A stretch of DNA of 64,000 bases from an uncultured Gammaproteobacteria bacterium (lineage in GTDB: Bacteria > Patescibacteriota > Microgenomatia > UBA8517): NCBI GenBank assembly GCA_964599625.1, contig CAZRGC010000004.1, positions 139,705 to 203,704 of the forward strand, given 5' to 3'. A program made the position numbers and the translations under genes. Numbering within the stretch: position 1 is the first letter of the stretch; each line of letters opens with the position of its first letter. The notes under the pieces were generated by a model, which saw nothing but the letters and a program-made list of their open reading frames with translations, was not told the origin of the DNA and did no database searches. Below are positions 18,743 to 27,592 of this stretch, in pieces.

Positions 18743-19417
18743 ATGAAAGGACTAACTGAAAGTTCAAAAATGCAGCTTATGGCATTTGGGCCATTGGTTG
18801 CTGTGATTCTTTTAACATATTTTGTTTGGTCGTTTGGATACAGCAAAGTTTCAGAAATAAGGCGAAATATTAAAAAAGCCCAAAGCGATCAAACAATTTT
18901 AAATCAAAAATTGGGCACACTTACCAACGTACCAGAGAACGTTATTTTGGGTGCCCAAAACGCGACCATAGCTTTTCCTGAATCGAACCCATCAGTGGTA
19001 CTACTTTCCCAGATAAGAAGTTTGAGTCAGGCAAATAGTGTAAGAATTGGAAATATCAAAAGCGGCAGCGAAGTTGCAGACTCTTCAGGTCTTCAAAGGG
19101 TAGATGTGAGCTTTGATATTACCGGAGGTCGTGGTGAGGTAATACAGACAATCTTGGATATCCAAAACTTGGCGCCCATTACGGTTTTGGATAAAGTAAA
19201 AATCAATGAAACCGGCGGCCTTGCCCGCTCAACTGTGAGTGTTAAGTCTTTTTGGGCTCCACTGCCCACAAAGCTACCTGCTCTTACAGAAAAAGTCACC
19301 GATTTGAATGCCAACGAAGTGAACCTCTTGGAGTTAATAAATGGCCTTAGGATGCCAGACTTTTCTACCATAACCGCAAGTGACGGTGCAGGAAAATCTG
19401 ATCCATTTACACCCTGA
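18743..19417 (+). CDS. pilO: type IV pilus assembly protein PilO-like
   Basis: TM (LMAFGPLVAVILLTYFVW) plus coiled coil, directly after pilN. Start trimmed to the ATG immediately after the pilN stop. Confidence 0.55.
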   Translation: MKGLTESSKMQLMAFGPLVAVILLTYFVWSFGYSKVSEIRRNIKKAQSDQTILNQKLGTLTNVPENVILGAQNATIAFPESNPSVVLLSQIRSLSQANSVRIGNIKSGSEVADSSGLQRVDVSFDITGGRGEVIQTILDIQNLAPITVLDKVKINETGGLARSTVSVKSFWAPLPTKLPALTEKVTDLNANEVNLLELINGLRMPDFSTITASDGAGKSDPFTP

Positions 19418-19445
19418 ACCATTTTTTATGAAGTGTTACTGAAGC

Positions 19446-19673
19446 TTACTCTGTAACTTCCAGACCAACAGCCTTTTTTTCCAAGGTAGCCCTTACTTTT
19501 AGAAGATTTCTAAGGGCGTGAATTGTTTTACCACCCTTGCCTATCACTAAACCTATGTTTTCTGGTTTAGTCTTAATTGAATATACAGTTCTACCTTCTG
19601 ATTCGCTTTCGGATACGGAAAAGTCTTCTTCACCAAGAAGTCCTTTTAGCATGAAGTTAAGTAAATCTATCAT
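19446..19673 (-). CDS. KH-domain RNA-binding protein (YlqC-like)
   Basis: GLVIGKGGKTIHALR (GxxG KH loop); conserved position downstream of rpsP. Confidence 0.8.
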   Translation of the reverse strand: MIDLLNFMLKGLLGEEDFSVSESESEGRTVYSIKTKPENIGLVIGKGGKTIHALRNLLKVRATLEKKAVGLEVTE

Positions 19674-19674
19674 A

Positions 19675-19893
19675 TTAGCCTATCAACTTTTTAACAGCCG
19701 AGCTGATTTGGGCACCTTTTTCAACCCAAACCTTAACCTTGTCAGAATCGATTTTCTTTGTGTTTTTTGCAGGATTCCAAAATCCAAGGATGTCCAAAAA
19801 CTCACCATTGACCTTTTTTCTTGAATCAATGGCTACTACCCTATAAAAAGGGCCTTTTTTCCTGCCTAATCTTGCCAAGCGAATTGCAATCAT
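19675..19893 (-). CDS. rpsP: 30S ribosomal protein S16
   Basis: MIAIRLARLGRKKGPFYRVVAIDSR matches the S16 N-terminus; the track ORF is trimmed to this internal ATG. Confidence 0.9.
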   Translation of the reverse strand: MIAIRLARLGRKKGPFYRVVAIDSRKKVNGEFLDILGFWNPAKNTKKIDSDKVKVWVEKGAQISSAVKKLIG

Positions 19894-19932
19894 GAGTGAT
19901 ATTTTACTATATGAGGTGCACTCTGCCAAGTG

Positions 19933-20607
19933 CTAAGGCTTAACTTTGTCCAAAATGGCATTTGTGGCAGCCTCTTGTTCTGCTAGGCTCTTGCTTCGGC
20001 CTTGGCCGACGCCCCACACATCCCCATTAACAAGTACCTGTATTGTGAAAGTTTTATTGTGATCCGGGCCTGTTTCGTCTGAAACAACATACTTTGGCGC
20101 GGGAAGTGAAAGCGACTGAACATGCTCCTGCAGAACCGATTTTGAGTCTTTTAGGGGAGACTTTGCGCGTGCATCCAGGTTGTCCAAAAGATTTTCCCTT
20201 ATAAATTTTTCAGCAGCAACAACCCCTCGGTCCAAGAATATTGCTCCAATAATCGCTTCAACAGTATCTGCTAAAAGTGAAGTGTTTGTGCGGCCTCCAC
20301 TATCCTCCTCACCTTTGGATAAATAAAGTATGTCGCCAAGGTTGAGATTTTTGGCAATTTCCGACAACGAAACTGTGTTTACAAGATTTGCGCGGAGGGC
20401 CGTCAGATAACCTTCTTCTTTGTCCTGAAACTTGGTGTATATCTCCTTTGAAACAACAAACTCGAGGACTGCATCACCCAAAAACTCTAGTCTTTCGTTG
20501 TGAGTCCTTACACCCTTGTGTTCATTTACCCACGATCTGTGGGTAAGGGCCAGGTCAAAAAGTTCAGCGTTTTTGAAACTTTCTTTGAGTTTTTTTATGT
20601 CGGTCAT
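19933..20607 (-). CDS. rnc: ribonuclease III
   Basis: RNase III signature ERLEFLGDAVLE and a C-terminal dsRBD. Confidence 0.9.
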   Translation of the reverse strand: MTDIKKLKESFKNAELFDLALTHRSWVNEHKGVRTHNERLEFLGDAVLEFVVSKEIYTKFQDKEEGYLTALRANLVNTVSLSEIAKNLNLGDILYLSKGEEDSGGRTNTSLLADTVEAIIGAIFLDRGVVAAEKFIRENLLDNLDARAKSPLKDSKSVLQEHVQSLSLPAPKYVVSDETGPDHNKTFTIQVLVNGDVWGVGQGRSKSLAEQEAATNAILDKVKP

Positions 20608-20608
20608 A

Positions 20609-20851
20609 CTATTCTTGAGCGGTTACAGCATCTACAAGCTCGCCGAATGTTTCCACCTCCGTAAAGTCAAGCTTGGAGGTGTCATATCCTGCAGTTGTGA
20701 GGATTTCGGAAAAATCAGTCAAATCTGTGGGCTGCATATGAAGATCTTCAGACAAAACCGAGTCATCTTCGATATCTTCCGGGTCTACTCCCTGGTAATC
20801 AGCCAGTTCTCGCCTGATCTTCTCTTTTATTTTTATGAGTTCGCTATCCAT
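20609..20851 (-). CDS. acyl carrier protein-like (divergent)
   Basis: 80 aa, acidic, four-helix ACP-like pattern (IKEKIRRELADYQGVDPEDIEDDSVLSEDL...). Strong SD AAGGAGG 8 nt upstream of ATG 20851; syntenic acp-rnc arrangement as in B. subtilis. The canonical DSL serine is not evident. Confidence 0.45.
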   Translation of the reverse strand: MDSELIKIKEKIRRELADYQGVDPEDIEDDSVLSEDLHMQPTDLTDFSEILTTAGYDTSKLDFTEVETFGELVDAVTAQE

Positions 20852-21212
20852 CTTTTGAAGCCTCCTTATCTTGAAATATAGTACCAAGGACACCATTTAC
20901 AAAAGAGGAGGAAGATTCACTCCCAAACTCTTTGGCAAGTTCCACTGCTTCGTCAATTACAACCTTGGGTGGGGTGTCTTCGTTGTCTAGTTCGTATACT
21001 GCCAGTCGAAGTACTGCGAGGTCGATTCTGTTTAACTTTTCAATTGGCCAGGCGGGTGCTGCTTGCTGAATCTTGGAATCAATTTTATCTTTTTGAGCTA
21101 ATATTTTTGTTGCAACTTCCGGATAGTCTGGCTGGTGTACAAAAGTATCCGCAAATAGCGCCTTAACTGTTTCACGCCTTCTTATGTGTCTTGGATCTGT
21201 CGATGTTTTCAT
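20844..21212 (-). CDS. nusB: transcription antitermination factor NusB
   Basis: RHIRRRETVKALF...DLAVLRLAVYEL matches NusB conserved blocks. Confidence 0.8.
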   Translation of the reverse strand: MKTSTDPRHIRRRETVKALFADTFVHQPDYPEVATKILAQKDKIDSKIQQAAPAWPIEKLNRIDLAVLRLAVYELDNEDTPPKVVIDEAVELAKEFGSESSSSFVNGVLGTIFQDKEASKDG

Positions 21213-21465
21213 ATGAGGTTAGTATAGATAGCAAAAAAGATTGAAGCAAGGAGAAAACGCGCATTCTGGTAAAATATAGCTGATGAATAAAGAAGGAGAC
21301 CCTGGTTGGCGAGATATTGTTTTGCAAAAAGTTAAGCAAAAAATTATCACCTTAAGGTTGGTTAAAGTGGACAAAAAACCGACAAAACAAAACACTAACC
21401 CTGAAACACCGAATATTAGTTTGTCGGAATCCTCCAAAACCGAAATCGAAAACTTGGATAAAGAA

Positions 21466-22053
21466 TCAAGGTAACTTATTCTTCAAAAAATGTTGCAAAA
21501 GGACGTTTTTGATAATTTGATAAATTATTTTGTGACCGTGTTCGTTTGGGTGTTTGGAATCATATTTTCGACCTTTTTCGAGGCTGGGGGTACAGTCAAC
21601 CAATCTGACGTTTTGTGCGCAAATCTTTTTAAGTAAATCGCGATCATCGAAGTATTTCAGCACGTAAATATTGTTTGAGTACGACTTTGCCTCAAAAAGT
21701 AGTCTTACATATTGATTCACAAACTCCGCATCCAAATTGTCATTTATTCCCAAAGCAAAAATGAATATATTTTTTGTGTTTCTTTTTTGTCTAGAATCCG
21801 TTTCGCTTCTGAAACGGACAAAGGTTTCAGCTACGGTTGATCCTGGAACGCTCAAATTGTAGACAGTGAAATATTCACCCGACTGTTTAGAGATTGATTT
21901 CATGTTGTTTCTCAGGAGGTATTTCATCAGACGACTGGACCAACCCCCTCCTGCGGGGTCATATTTGCCCCAGGCTACACTATCGCCAAAAATAAACAAA
22001 TTGTAATAGTACATATGATTACGTATGATATACTCCCTCCAAAGAATGGGCAA
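21466..22053 (-). CDS. SGNH/GDSL-family hydrolase
   Basis: FGDSVAWG (block I), GINDN (block III), HPNEHGH (block V). Confidence 0.7.
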   Translation of the reverse strand: MPILWREYIIRNHMYYYNLFIFGDSVAWGKYDPAGGGWSSRLMKYLLRNNMKSISKQSGEYFTVYNLSVPGSTVAETFVRFRSETDSRQKRNTKNIFIFALGINDNLDAEFVNQYVRLLFEAKSYSNNIYVLKYFDDRDLLKKICAQNVRLVDCTPSLEKGRKYDSKHPNEHGHKIIYQIIKNVLLQHFLKNKLP

Positions 22054-22711
22054 TATTGAAAGAAAAAGGTTTGAGATCGAGCTTGAAAATATACTGAAAA
22101 CCGACGAATCACTAAAAAATTACGGGAAGCTCTGTAATGCTTTGGGGTACGACGTTGTAGTGAGTGGATTGGAAAAGATTGAAGCTGTTTCAAAAGGTCC
22201 ATGTTTAATAATATCTAACCACCCAGGTTCACTTGATTTAGCCTCAATAGTTTTCGCTTTATACAGTTACGACAACTTCAAAAGAGACGACATCCAAATA
22301 TTAGTTTCACAAACGACCTACCCGTTTTACCTGGAGTATTTTGATGAAAGACATTTTTTGAAAGCAACCGATGAGCCCAGGAAGGTCGCAAGTCTTATTG
22401 CAAATATATCAAGTTACATTGATAAAGGTGGAATTTTCGTTATGTTTCCCTCAAAAAGAAACTCACCCGATCAATATAAACAGATAGTGTTTGAGTCTGG
22501 TCTTGGCTATACGCTTAGGTGCCTGGACAATAAAACAACTGTTGCCAGCTTTTCGATTAGGTATGCCAATAGCGAAATAAGCCTGGCTTTAGATGTTCAT
22601 GAAGCGGGCTGGTGGAAGAATGGTGTCAACTTTAACCTAGGAAATTTTGAGATAAACAAGACTTTAAGTGCAAAATACGTTGATTTGCACACATCAAACC
22701 TAAATAATTAA
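22025..22711 (+). CDS. lysophospholipid acyltransferase (PlsC-like) family protein
   Basis: HX4D motif ISNHPGSLD of glycerolipid acyltransferases. Confidence 0.45.
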   Translation: MIYSLQRMGNIERKRFEIELENILKTDESLKNYGKLCNALGYDVVVSGLEKIEAVSKGPCLIISNHPGSLDLASIVFALYSYDNFKRDDIQILVSQTTYPFYLEYFDERHFLKATDEPRKVASLIANISSYIDKGGIFVMFPSKRNSPDQYKQIVFESGLGYTLRCLDNKTTVASFSIRYANSEISLALDVHEAGWWKNGVNFNLGNFEINKTLSAKYVDLHTSNLNN

Positions 22712-22714
22712 GCT

Positions 22715-22873
22715 TTATCTGTAGAATCCGCAGTAAGGACAAGCTCTGTGGGACTCCCTTAGTTTGCCACAATTAGAGCATTTGGTAAGATTTCCAAGCT
22801 TAAGCTTGGGTTGACCTGCGCGTCTGATATTTGAACGCGACCTGGTGTGTTTTCGTTTTGGAAGCGGTACCAT
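22715..22873 (-). CDS. rpmF: 50S ribosomal protein L32 (zinc-ribbon type)
   Basis: Hand-translated 52-aa ORF, shorter than the track's 60-aa cutoff: MVPLPKRKHTRSRSNIRRAG...CSNCG...CPYCGFYR. It matches C4-type bL32. Confidence 0.8.
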   Translation of the reverse strand: MVPLPKRKHTRSRSNIRRAGQPKLKLGNLTKCSNCGKLRESHRACPYCGFYR

Positions 22874-22916
22874 AGGCGTAATTCTATCATGAACTGTTAA
22901 TTTGTGGCAAGCCTGG

Positions 22917-23540
22917 TTATAGGTGGCTTGTGTCGTTCCAGGCTAGAAGCTTTAGCTCTCCAAACTTGTCTTTTTCCAAAATGGTTACACCCGTGTTTTC
23001 GGATCCCATTCCATATCTCATCTTGGTAAATATTTTTGGAGTCAAGTCTTTGCCGAATATGGTCTTGGAGACCATGAAACGGATAAATGTGCCATGGGAA
23101 ACACAAACTATGTTTTCGCTGCTATGATTATTGAACAAGTGCTCCAAAACCCTACTTGCCCGATTATCCAAGTCAAAAAAATTTTCTTCATCTGAATAGT
23201 GCCAGTCCGGGTTGCCAAAGTTCTTTTTTACCTGTGACATTATTTTCCCGGCGACAGGGTCTTTCCCAGCTCTACCTCTTACTTCTTTTGGTCTGGTTAT
23301 TTCTATCAGATCCTGCCATTCCTCAACCCTTACTCCTGTATATTTTGAAATTATATCTGCGGTATCCCTGGCTCTTAAGTGTGTACTTGTATAAATGAGA
23401 TCCAAGGGAACGCTTCTTAATCTTTCAGCGACTTGTTTGGCCTGGTTTAAGCCCTGTTCCGTTAACGGGGTTTCGGCAGTCTGGTAAAAATCATTTACGT
23501 TGCCTGTGGTTTGCCCGTGACGTACAAAATATATTTTCAT
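22917..23540 (-). CDS. histidine phosphatase family protein (phosphoglycerate mutase-like)
   Basis: MKIYFVRHGQTTGN (RHG catalytic motif). Confidence 0.8.
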   Translation of the reverse strand: MKIYFVRHGQTTGNVNDFYQTAETPLTEQGLNQAKQVAERLRSVPLDLIYTSTHLRARDTADIISKYTGVRVEEWQDLIEITRPKEVRGRAGKDPVAGKIMSQVKKNFGNPDWHYSDEENFFDLDNRASRVLEHLFNNHSSENIVCVSHGTFIRFMVSKTIFGKDLTPKIFTKMRYGMGSENTGVTILEKDKFGELKLLAWNDTSHL

Positions 23541-23542
23541 AA

Positions 23543-24634
23543 CTAATTATAGCTGTTAATTAATTTAGTTAAAATTTCCACCCCTTTAACTATATTTTCA
23601 AAGCTACAGTATTCGTTAGGTTTATGCATAACTTCCGGTTCACCAGGTCCGAATATGATGGCAGGAATCCCCATCTCCGTAAAAAATGGCATATCGCTTG
23701 ATCCTGTGAACTTTTTAACAGGAAAGCCTTGTTTTTTCATCAGCTTTACAACCATCTCGGTTTCTTGGGTATAAGCATAGCCGACGGGTTCATAAACATT
23801 TTCCAACAAACAATTCTCCGGAATGACTTTAGTTATTTCATCAATGGCTCTGCCGTGCATTTCCGGCACGGTTCTTATATCAAAAGTTGCATGACAAGTA
23901 TCGGGAAATTTGTTTGGTGACAAGGGATTTCCAGCACTTATAGAAGTTGCAACGCTAAGTGAGGGTGAACCTAAATGTTTGTTTTTGTATTTTCTTTGCC
24001 AAGTTTTTCCCAAATTTTCGAGATTTTTAATGACTTTGTACATGATAAGAACTGAGTGTTGGTTTTCTTTTATAGGACTACTACCATGACCCGACGCCCC
24101 TTTGGTTGTGATTTTCAAAAAGATATTGCCTTTGTGCCCCAAACAAAAGTAAGAAGAATTGGTGGGTTCGGTTACCACCGCTGAGATTTTTGTGTATTTA
24201 TTCAAATATTTATCTTTTAAAACTTTTGCCGTAATTTTTGTTCCGTGACCGTCAATTTCCTCACCTCCCGTAAAGGTGATAATGAGGTTACATTTGGGTT
24301 TATTAACCGAAAACTCTTTGGCCAAAGTTAATAGCATGGCAACCGATGCTTTGTTGTCACTTGCTCCAAGGCCGTAGACCTTTCTCCCAAGCTCTGTGGC
24401 GTCAAATGGGCCGTGAGTCCACTGATTTATGTTGCCGGGGCTTACAGTGTCTACGTGTGCGTTAAAGATGACACATTTTGCAGCGTCGTGACCTTCGATC
24501 TCCACAACAATATTACCTTCAAAGATTGAGGGCTTGTGTCCGTACGAGGTCAGGAGATTCAGAATGTACTCCTGAATCTCCGCCTCGTTTCCGGAAACTG
24601 AATTGATTTGGATTAACTTTTTAAGTATTTCCAT
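23543..24634 (-). CDS. M20-family metallopeptidase / N-acyl-amino-acid deacylase (ArgE/DapE-like)
   Basis: NAHVDTV and GASDNK metal-binding motifs; 363 aa. Confidence 0.85.
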   Translation of the reverse strand: MEILKKLIQINSVSGNEAEIQEYILNLLTSYGHKPSIFEGNIVVEIEGHDAAKCVIFNAHVDTVSPGNINQWTHGPFDATELGRKVYGLGASDNKASVAMLLTLAKEFSVNKPKCNLIITFTGGEEIDGHGTKITAKVLKDKYLNKYTKISAVVTEPTNSSYFCLGHKGNIFLKITTKGASGHGSSPIKENQHSVLIMYKVIKNLENLGKTWQRKYKNKHLGSPSLSVATSISAGNPLSPNKFPDTCHATFDIRTVPEMHGRAIDEITKVIPENCLLENVYEPVGYAYTQETEMVVKLMKKQGFPVKKFTGSSDMPFFTEMGIPAIIFGPGEPEVMHKPNEYCSFENIVKGVEILTKLINSYN

Positions 24635-24640
24635 ATTTTG

Positions 24641-25174
24641 TTACAGCTTTCTTATTATTACAGGAATATCGCAACAAAGTTTTCCTTGCGCTTTTGTATC
24701 CTGAAATTTTGGGCAGCTAACACATTCACCAAAGACTTCTTTCGGTAATTCTGTAGGATCTGTCAGTATCTCAGCCCCGTTATCCAAAAAAAGTTTGAGA
24801 CTTTTTTCATTGCACAAAGCAAAAAGATTTGCATTAGGGTATTTGGCCGAAGCCAAAGCTATAAGATCTTTGGTTATGGCATGTCCCACGCCTGATTTTC
24901 TAAAACCCTTATCTACAACAATTGCTCCCAACTCGACCCAGTTGTTGGGCCACACAAATGTAATAGCCCCGAACCCAACGGGGATAGCTTCTCTACCGTA
25001 GGACCAAGCTGCCACAGCGTTGCCCTCTTTTATAAATGTCTTGATATCCTCAGGACTTTTGGGAAGCATTGTTCCAGCCTCCATAGTCCATTTGGAAACC
25101 TTGGAAGCCAAAAAATTAATCACATACTCCGCAAACATCTCGTCTGTTTTTTGAATTTCATTTTCTTTATTCAT
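24641..25174 (-). CDS. GNAT-family N-acetyltransferase (possibly amino-acid N-acetyltransferase), Cys-rich C-terminus
   Basis: GNAT motif A LGAIVVDKGFRKSGVGHAI. Start trimmed to ATG 25174, which has a perfect SD AAGGAGGTGA 7 nt upstream; the longer track ORF would overlap the terminator. Confidence 0.75.
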   Translation of the reverse strand: MNKENEIQKTDEMFAEYVINFLASKVSKWTMEAGTMLPKSPEDIKTFIKEGNAVAAWSYGREAIPVGFGAITFVWPNNWVELGAIVVDKGFRKSGVGHAITKDLIALASAKYPNANLFALCNEKSLKLFLDNGAEILTDPTELPKEVFGECVSCPKFQDTKAQGKLCCDIPVIIRKL

Positions 25175-25197
25175 ATTTCTCACCTCCTTTCGAGCAC

Positions 25198-25452
25198 AAA
25201 AAAGCCCCTCTGAACTCCGACATGCGTCAGGATTCAAAGGGGCCTTTGGTAGGCGGTACCACCCTTTTTCGATTACCTTTAAACCAAAAATCCGGCTATG
25301 CGCCGGAAATTTTCAAATTAAAGGATAATCCTCATTATTTGAGTTCTCCGCTTAGCGACAAACTCTAGCTTATTTTTACGGTTAGCTTCCGTCGGTCATT
25401 TTGGACCGCTGCTCGTGGGGCGCGAACCCACTTATACGCATTTATTTAAATG
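25198..25452 (-). promoter_or_regulatory. T-box riboswitch leader (copy 2) upstream of GNAT-M20 operon
   Basis: Minus strand carries AAAGGGUGGUACCGCC (13/14 to the T-box core AGGGUGGNACCGCG) at 25253-25267. It is followed by a long intrinsic terminator (25204-25243, GCCCCUUUGAA.../...UUCAGAGGGGC) plus a U-tract ending 20 nt before the SD. Upstream AACCGUAA (F-box-like) and a stem-III-like hairpin UCCGGCGCAUAGCCGGA are present. Confidence 0.6.
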
Positions 25453-25458
25453 TAACCT

Positions 25459-25486
25459 ATAATAACACCTGTATATTTTTTGTCAA
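25459..25486 (-). promoter_or_regulatory. sigma70-like promoter for T-box leader 2
   Basis: TTGACA-N16-TATTAT on the minus strand, immediately after the recG stop codon. Confidence 0.45.
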
Positions 25487-27550
25487 CTATATCAAAGAAG
25501 CATTTGATAATTGCTCCGTAATTTGTGGGTATTTATCTGGGTCTTTGACTATTTCATCGGCCAGATCCTTAATTCTTTTTATAAGTTTGTGGTCGTTCCA
25601 GGCTGCGATTTTTAGTTCCGAAAACCCTGACTGCATAGTTCCAAATATTTCCCCCGGACCCCTGAGTTCCAGGTCAATTTCAGCCAATTCAAATCCTGAA
25701 TGGGTTTTTTCCATGGCTTTAAGTCGTTTGGAATATTTTATATTTGAAAACAGTAGGCAGTATGATTTTTGGGTGCCGCGACCAACTCTACCCCTAAGCT
25801 GATGAAGTTGAGCTAATCCAAATCTTTCCGCTGCTTCAATTATCATTATTGTCGCGTTTGGAATATCAATTCCCACTTCCACAACCGGCGTTGCAACAAG
25901 AATATCGGTTTTTTTATTTTTGAAGTCTGACAAGACCTGGTCTTTTTCTTTCACTTTCATCCTGCCGTGCAAAAGACCAAGTTTTCGGTCCCTGAACACC
26001 CTTTTTAATTTTTCATATTCCGATGTAACTGACTTCACGTCAGTTAGGGTTTCCGATTCAGAATCTTCAATCAGTGGACAAACCACAAAAACCTGAGACG
26101 CAGTTTCTTTAATTTGTTTTTCAACCCATGCGTAGGCACCTTTGCGCTTTTGTTCAGGAACAACCCAGGTCGTAACAACCTGCCTGCCTTTTGGGCTTTC
26201 TTTTAGAATTGATAAATTCAAATCACCGTACGTAGTTAGAGCAACGGTGCGCGGGATTGGTGTTGCTGTCATGGTTAGAACGTGAGGAGTACCCGACTTT
26301 TTGGCAAGATGAGCGCGCTGCTCTACACCAAAGCGGTGTTGTTCATCTATTACTACAAACGCCACCTTATCAAAACTCACTTTGCTGTGAATAAGAGCAT
26401 GAGTTCCAACAAAAATGTCAGTTCTTCCCAATTCCATCTTTTTGCTTGCCGAAGTTAGTAACGAAACTCTTACGTTAAAGGGTTCAAAAATTTTTTTGAG
26501 TGTTTCGTAATGTTGGTTTGCCAGGATTTGAGTAGGTGCCATAATAAGCGACTGATACCCATTTACGAATGCGGCAAAAGCTCCGGCAGCGGCCACAACC
26601 GTCTTTCCGCTACCAACATCTCCCTCCAGAAGTCTGTTCATCGGTGTTGGTTTTTCTAAATCAGACACAATTTCTTCAATTGCGATACCTTGTGAATCGG
26701 TTAACTCATAAGGCAAACTTTTTATAAAACTATTAAGCGCAGACCCGTCAATTTTTAACCTGTACTTAACTTTGTTTTGTTTCCAATTGAGTTTTCTGTA
26801 TTCACTTTTTAGTTGGAGGTTCAAAAGCTCGTTAAAGCCCAGCCTTTCGCGACCTTGTAAAGCATCAACTTCTTTTTGAGGAAAGTGAACCAAAGACAAG
26901 GCAGTCTTTAGATCTACGAGATTTTCCCTTTTAAGAATGTCTTTTGGTAAAAAATCTCTTATTTCCATACTTGGATCCTGGTATGCATTTCTTACAAGTG
27001 TTCTCAGCCATTTGGAGGATAGTCCAGCAGTTTCTGGATAAAGAGGAACCAGTTTGCCTGTATGATAAGTTTCACCGTCTTCTTCCTCCATAATTTCGTA
27101 GTCTGGTGAGGTGAGACAAAGTTTTCTGTTAAAAAAACCAACCTTACCGGAAAGCGAAACCAGACGTCCCGGATAAAGCATTTTGGTAAGAAATGGCTGG
27201 TTGAACCAAATAACCATAAGTTTACCAGTTGAATCTTCTACACTTCCTATTTGCATTCGTCTGCCTTTTTTGGAAAAAATGTTCGCGATAGAAATAATTT
27301 TGGCGTGAATTGTAACTGTCTCCCCAAGTCTAAGACCTTTTATGGTGGTTATTTGAGAGTAGTCCAGGTAGCGTGAAGGTACATGATAAAAAAGGTCGTT
27401 GATTGTTCTTATTCCCAGTTTTTCAAGTTTTTTGGAAAGAATTGGTCCAACTTTTGGAAGATCTGTAATAGAGGAGTTTAGATCCATTAGATTGTCAGGC
27501 GTATAACATATAGGGCAATATTGCGCTGACAATAAGTGCCAACATTGCAA
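25487..27550 (-). CDS. recG: ATP-dependent DNA helicase RecG
   Basis: Walker A GDVGSGKT, DEQH box VIDEQHRFGV, and the RecG wedge/helicase architecture. Confidence 0.9.
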   Translation of the reverse strand: MQCWHLLSAQYCPICYTPDNLMDLNSSITDLPKVGPILSKKLEKLGIRTINDLFYHVPSRYLDYSQITTIKGLRLGETVTIHAKIISIANIFSKKGRRMQIGSVEDSTGKLMVIWFNQPFLTKMLYPGRLVSLSGKVGFFNRKLCLTSPDYEIMEEEDGETYHTGKLVPLYPETAGLSSKWLRTLVRNAYQDPSMEIRDFLPKDILKRENLVDLKTALSLVHFPQKEVDALQGRERLGFNELLNLQLKSEYRKLNWKQNKVKYRLKIDGSALNSFIKSLPYELTDSQGIAIEEIVSDLEKPTPMNRLLEGDVGSGKTVVAAAGAFAAFVNGYQSLIMAPTQILANQHYETLKKIFEPFNVRVSLLTSASKKMELGRTDIFVGTHALIHSKVSFDKVAFVVIDEQHRFGVEQRAHLAKKSGTPHVLTMTATPIPRTVALTTYGDLNLSILKESPKGRQVVTTWVVPEQKRKGAYAWVEKQIKETASQVFVVCPLIEDSESETLTDVKSVTSEYEKLKRVFRDRKLGLLHGRMKVKEKDQVLSDFKNKKTDILVATPVVEVGIDIPNATIMIIEAAERFGLAQLHQLRGRVGRGTQKSYCLLFSNIKYSKRLKAMEKTHSGFELAEIDLELRGPGEIFGTMQSGFSELKIAAWNDHKLIKRIKDLADEIVKDPDKYPQITEQLSNASLI

Positions 27551-27592
27551 TTATGATAATGACAGTAAATATTTTTTTGCCTCTTTTAGATA

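Noticed and set aside
24641-25237. Long form of the GNAT ORF starting at 25237
   Set aside because: The extension would overlap the T-box terminator. The internal ATG at 25174 has a perfect SD (AAGGAGGTGA).
25238-25486. Intergenic region initially considered as SRP/4.5S RNA, 6S RNA or tmRNA
   Set aside because: No SRP domain-IV (GGAA...AGCAGC), tmRNA tag or tRNA-like end was found. The region instead contains the T-box core and terminator and is interpreted as a T-box leader.
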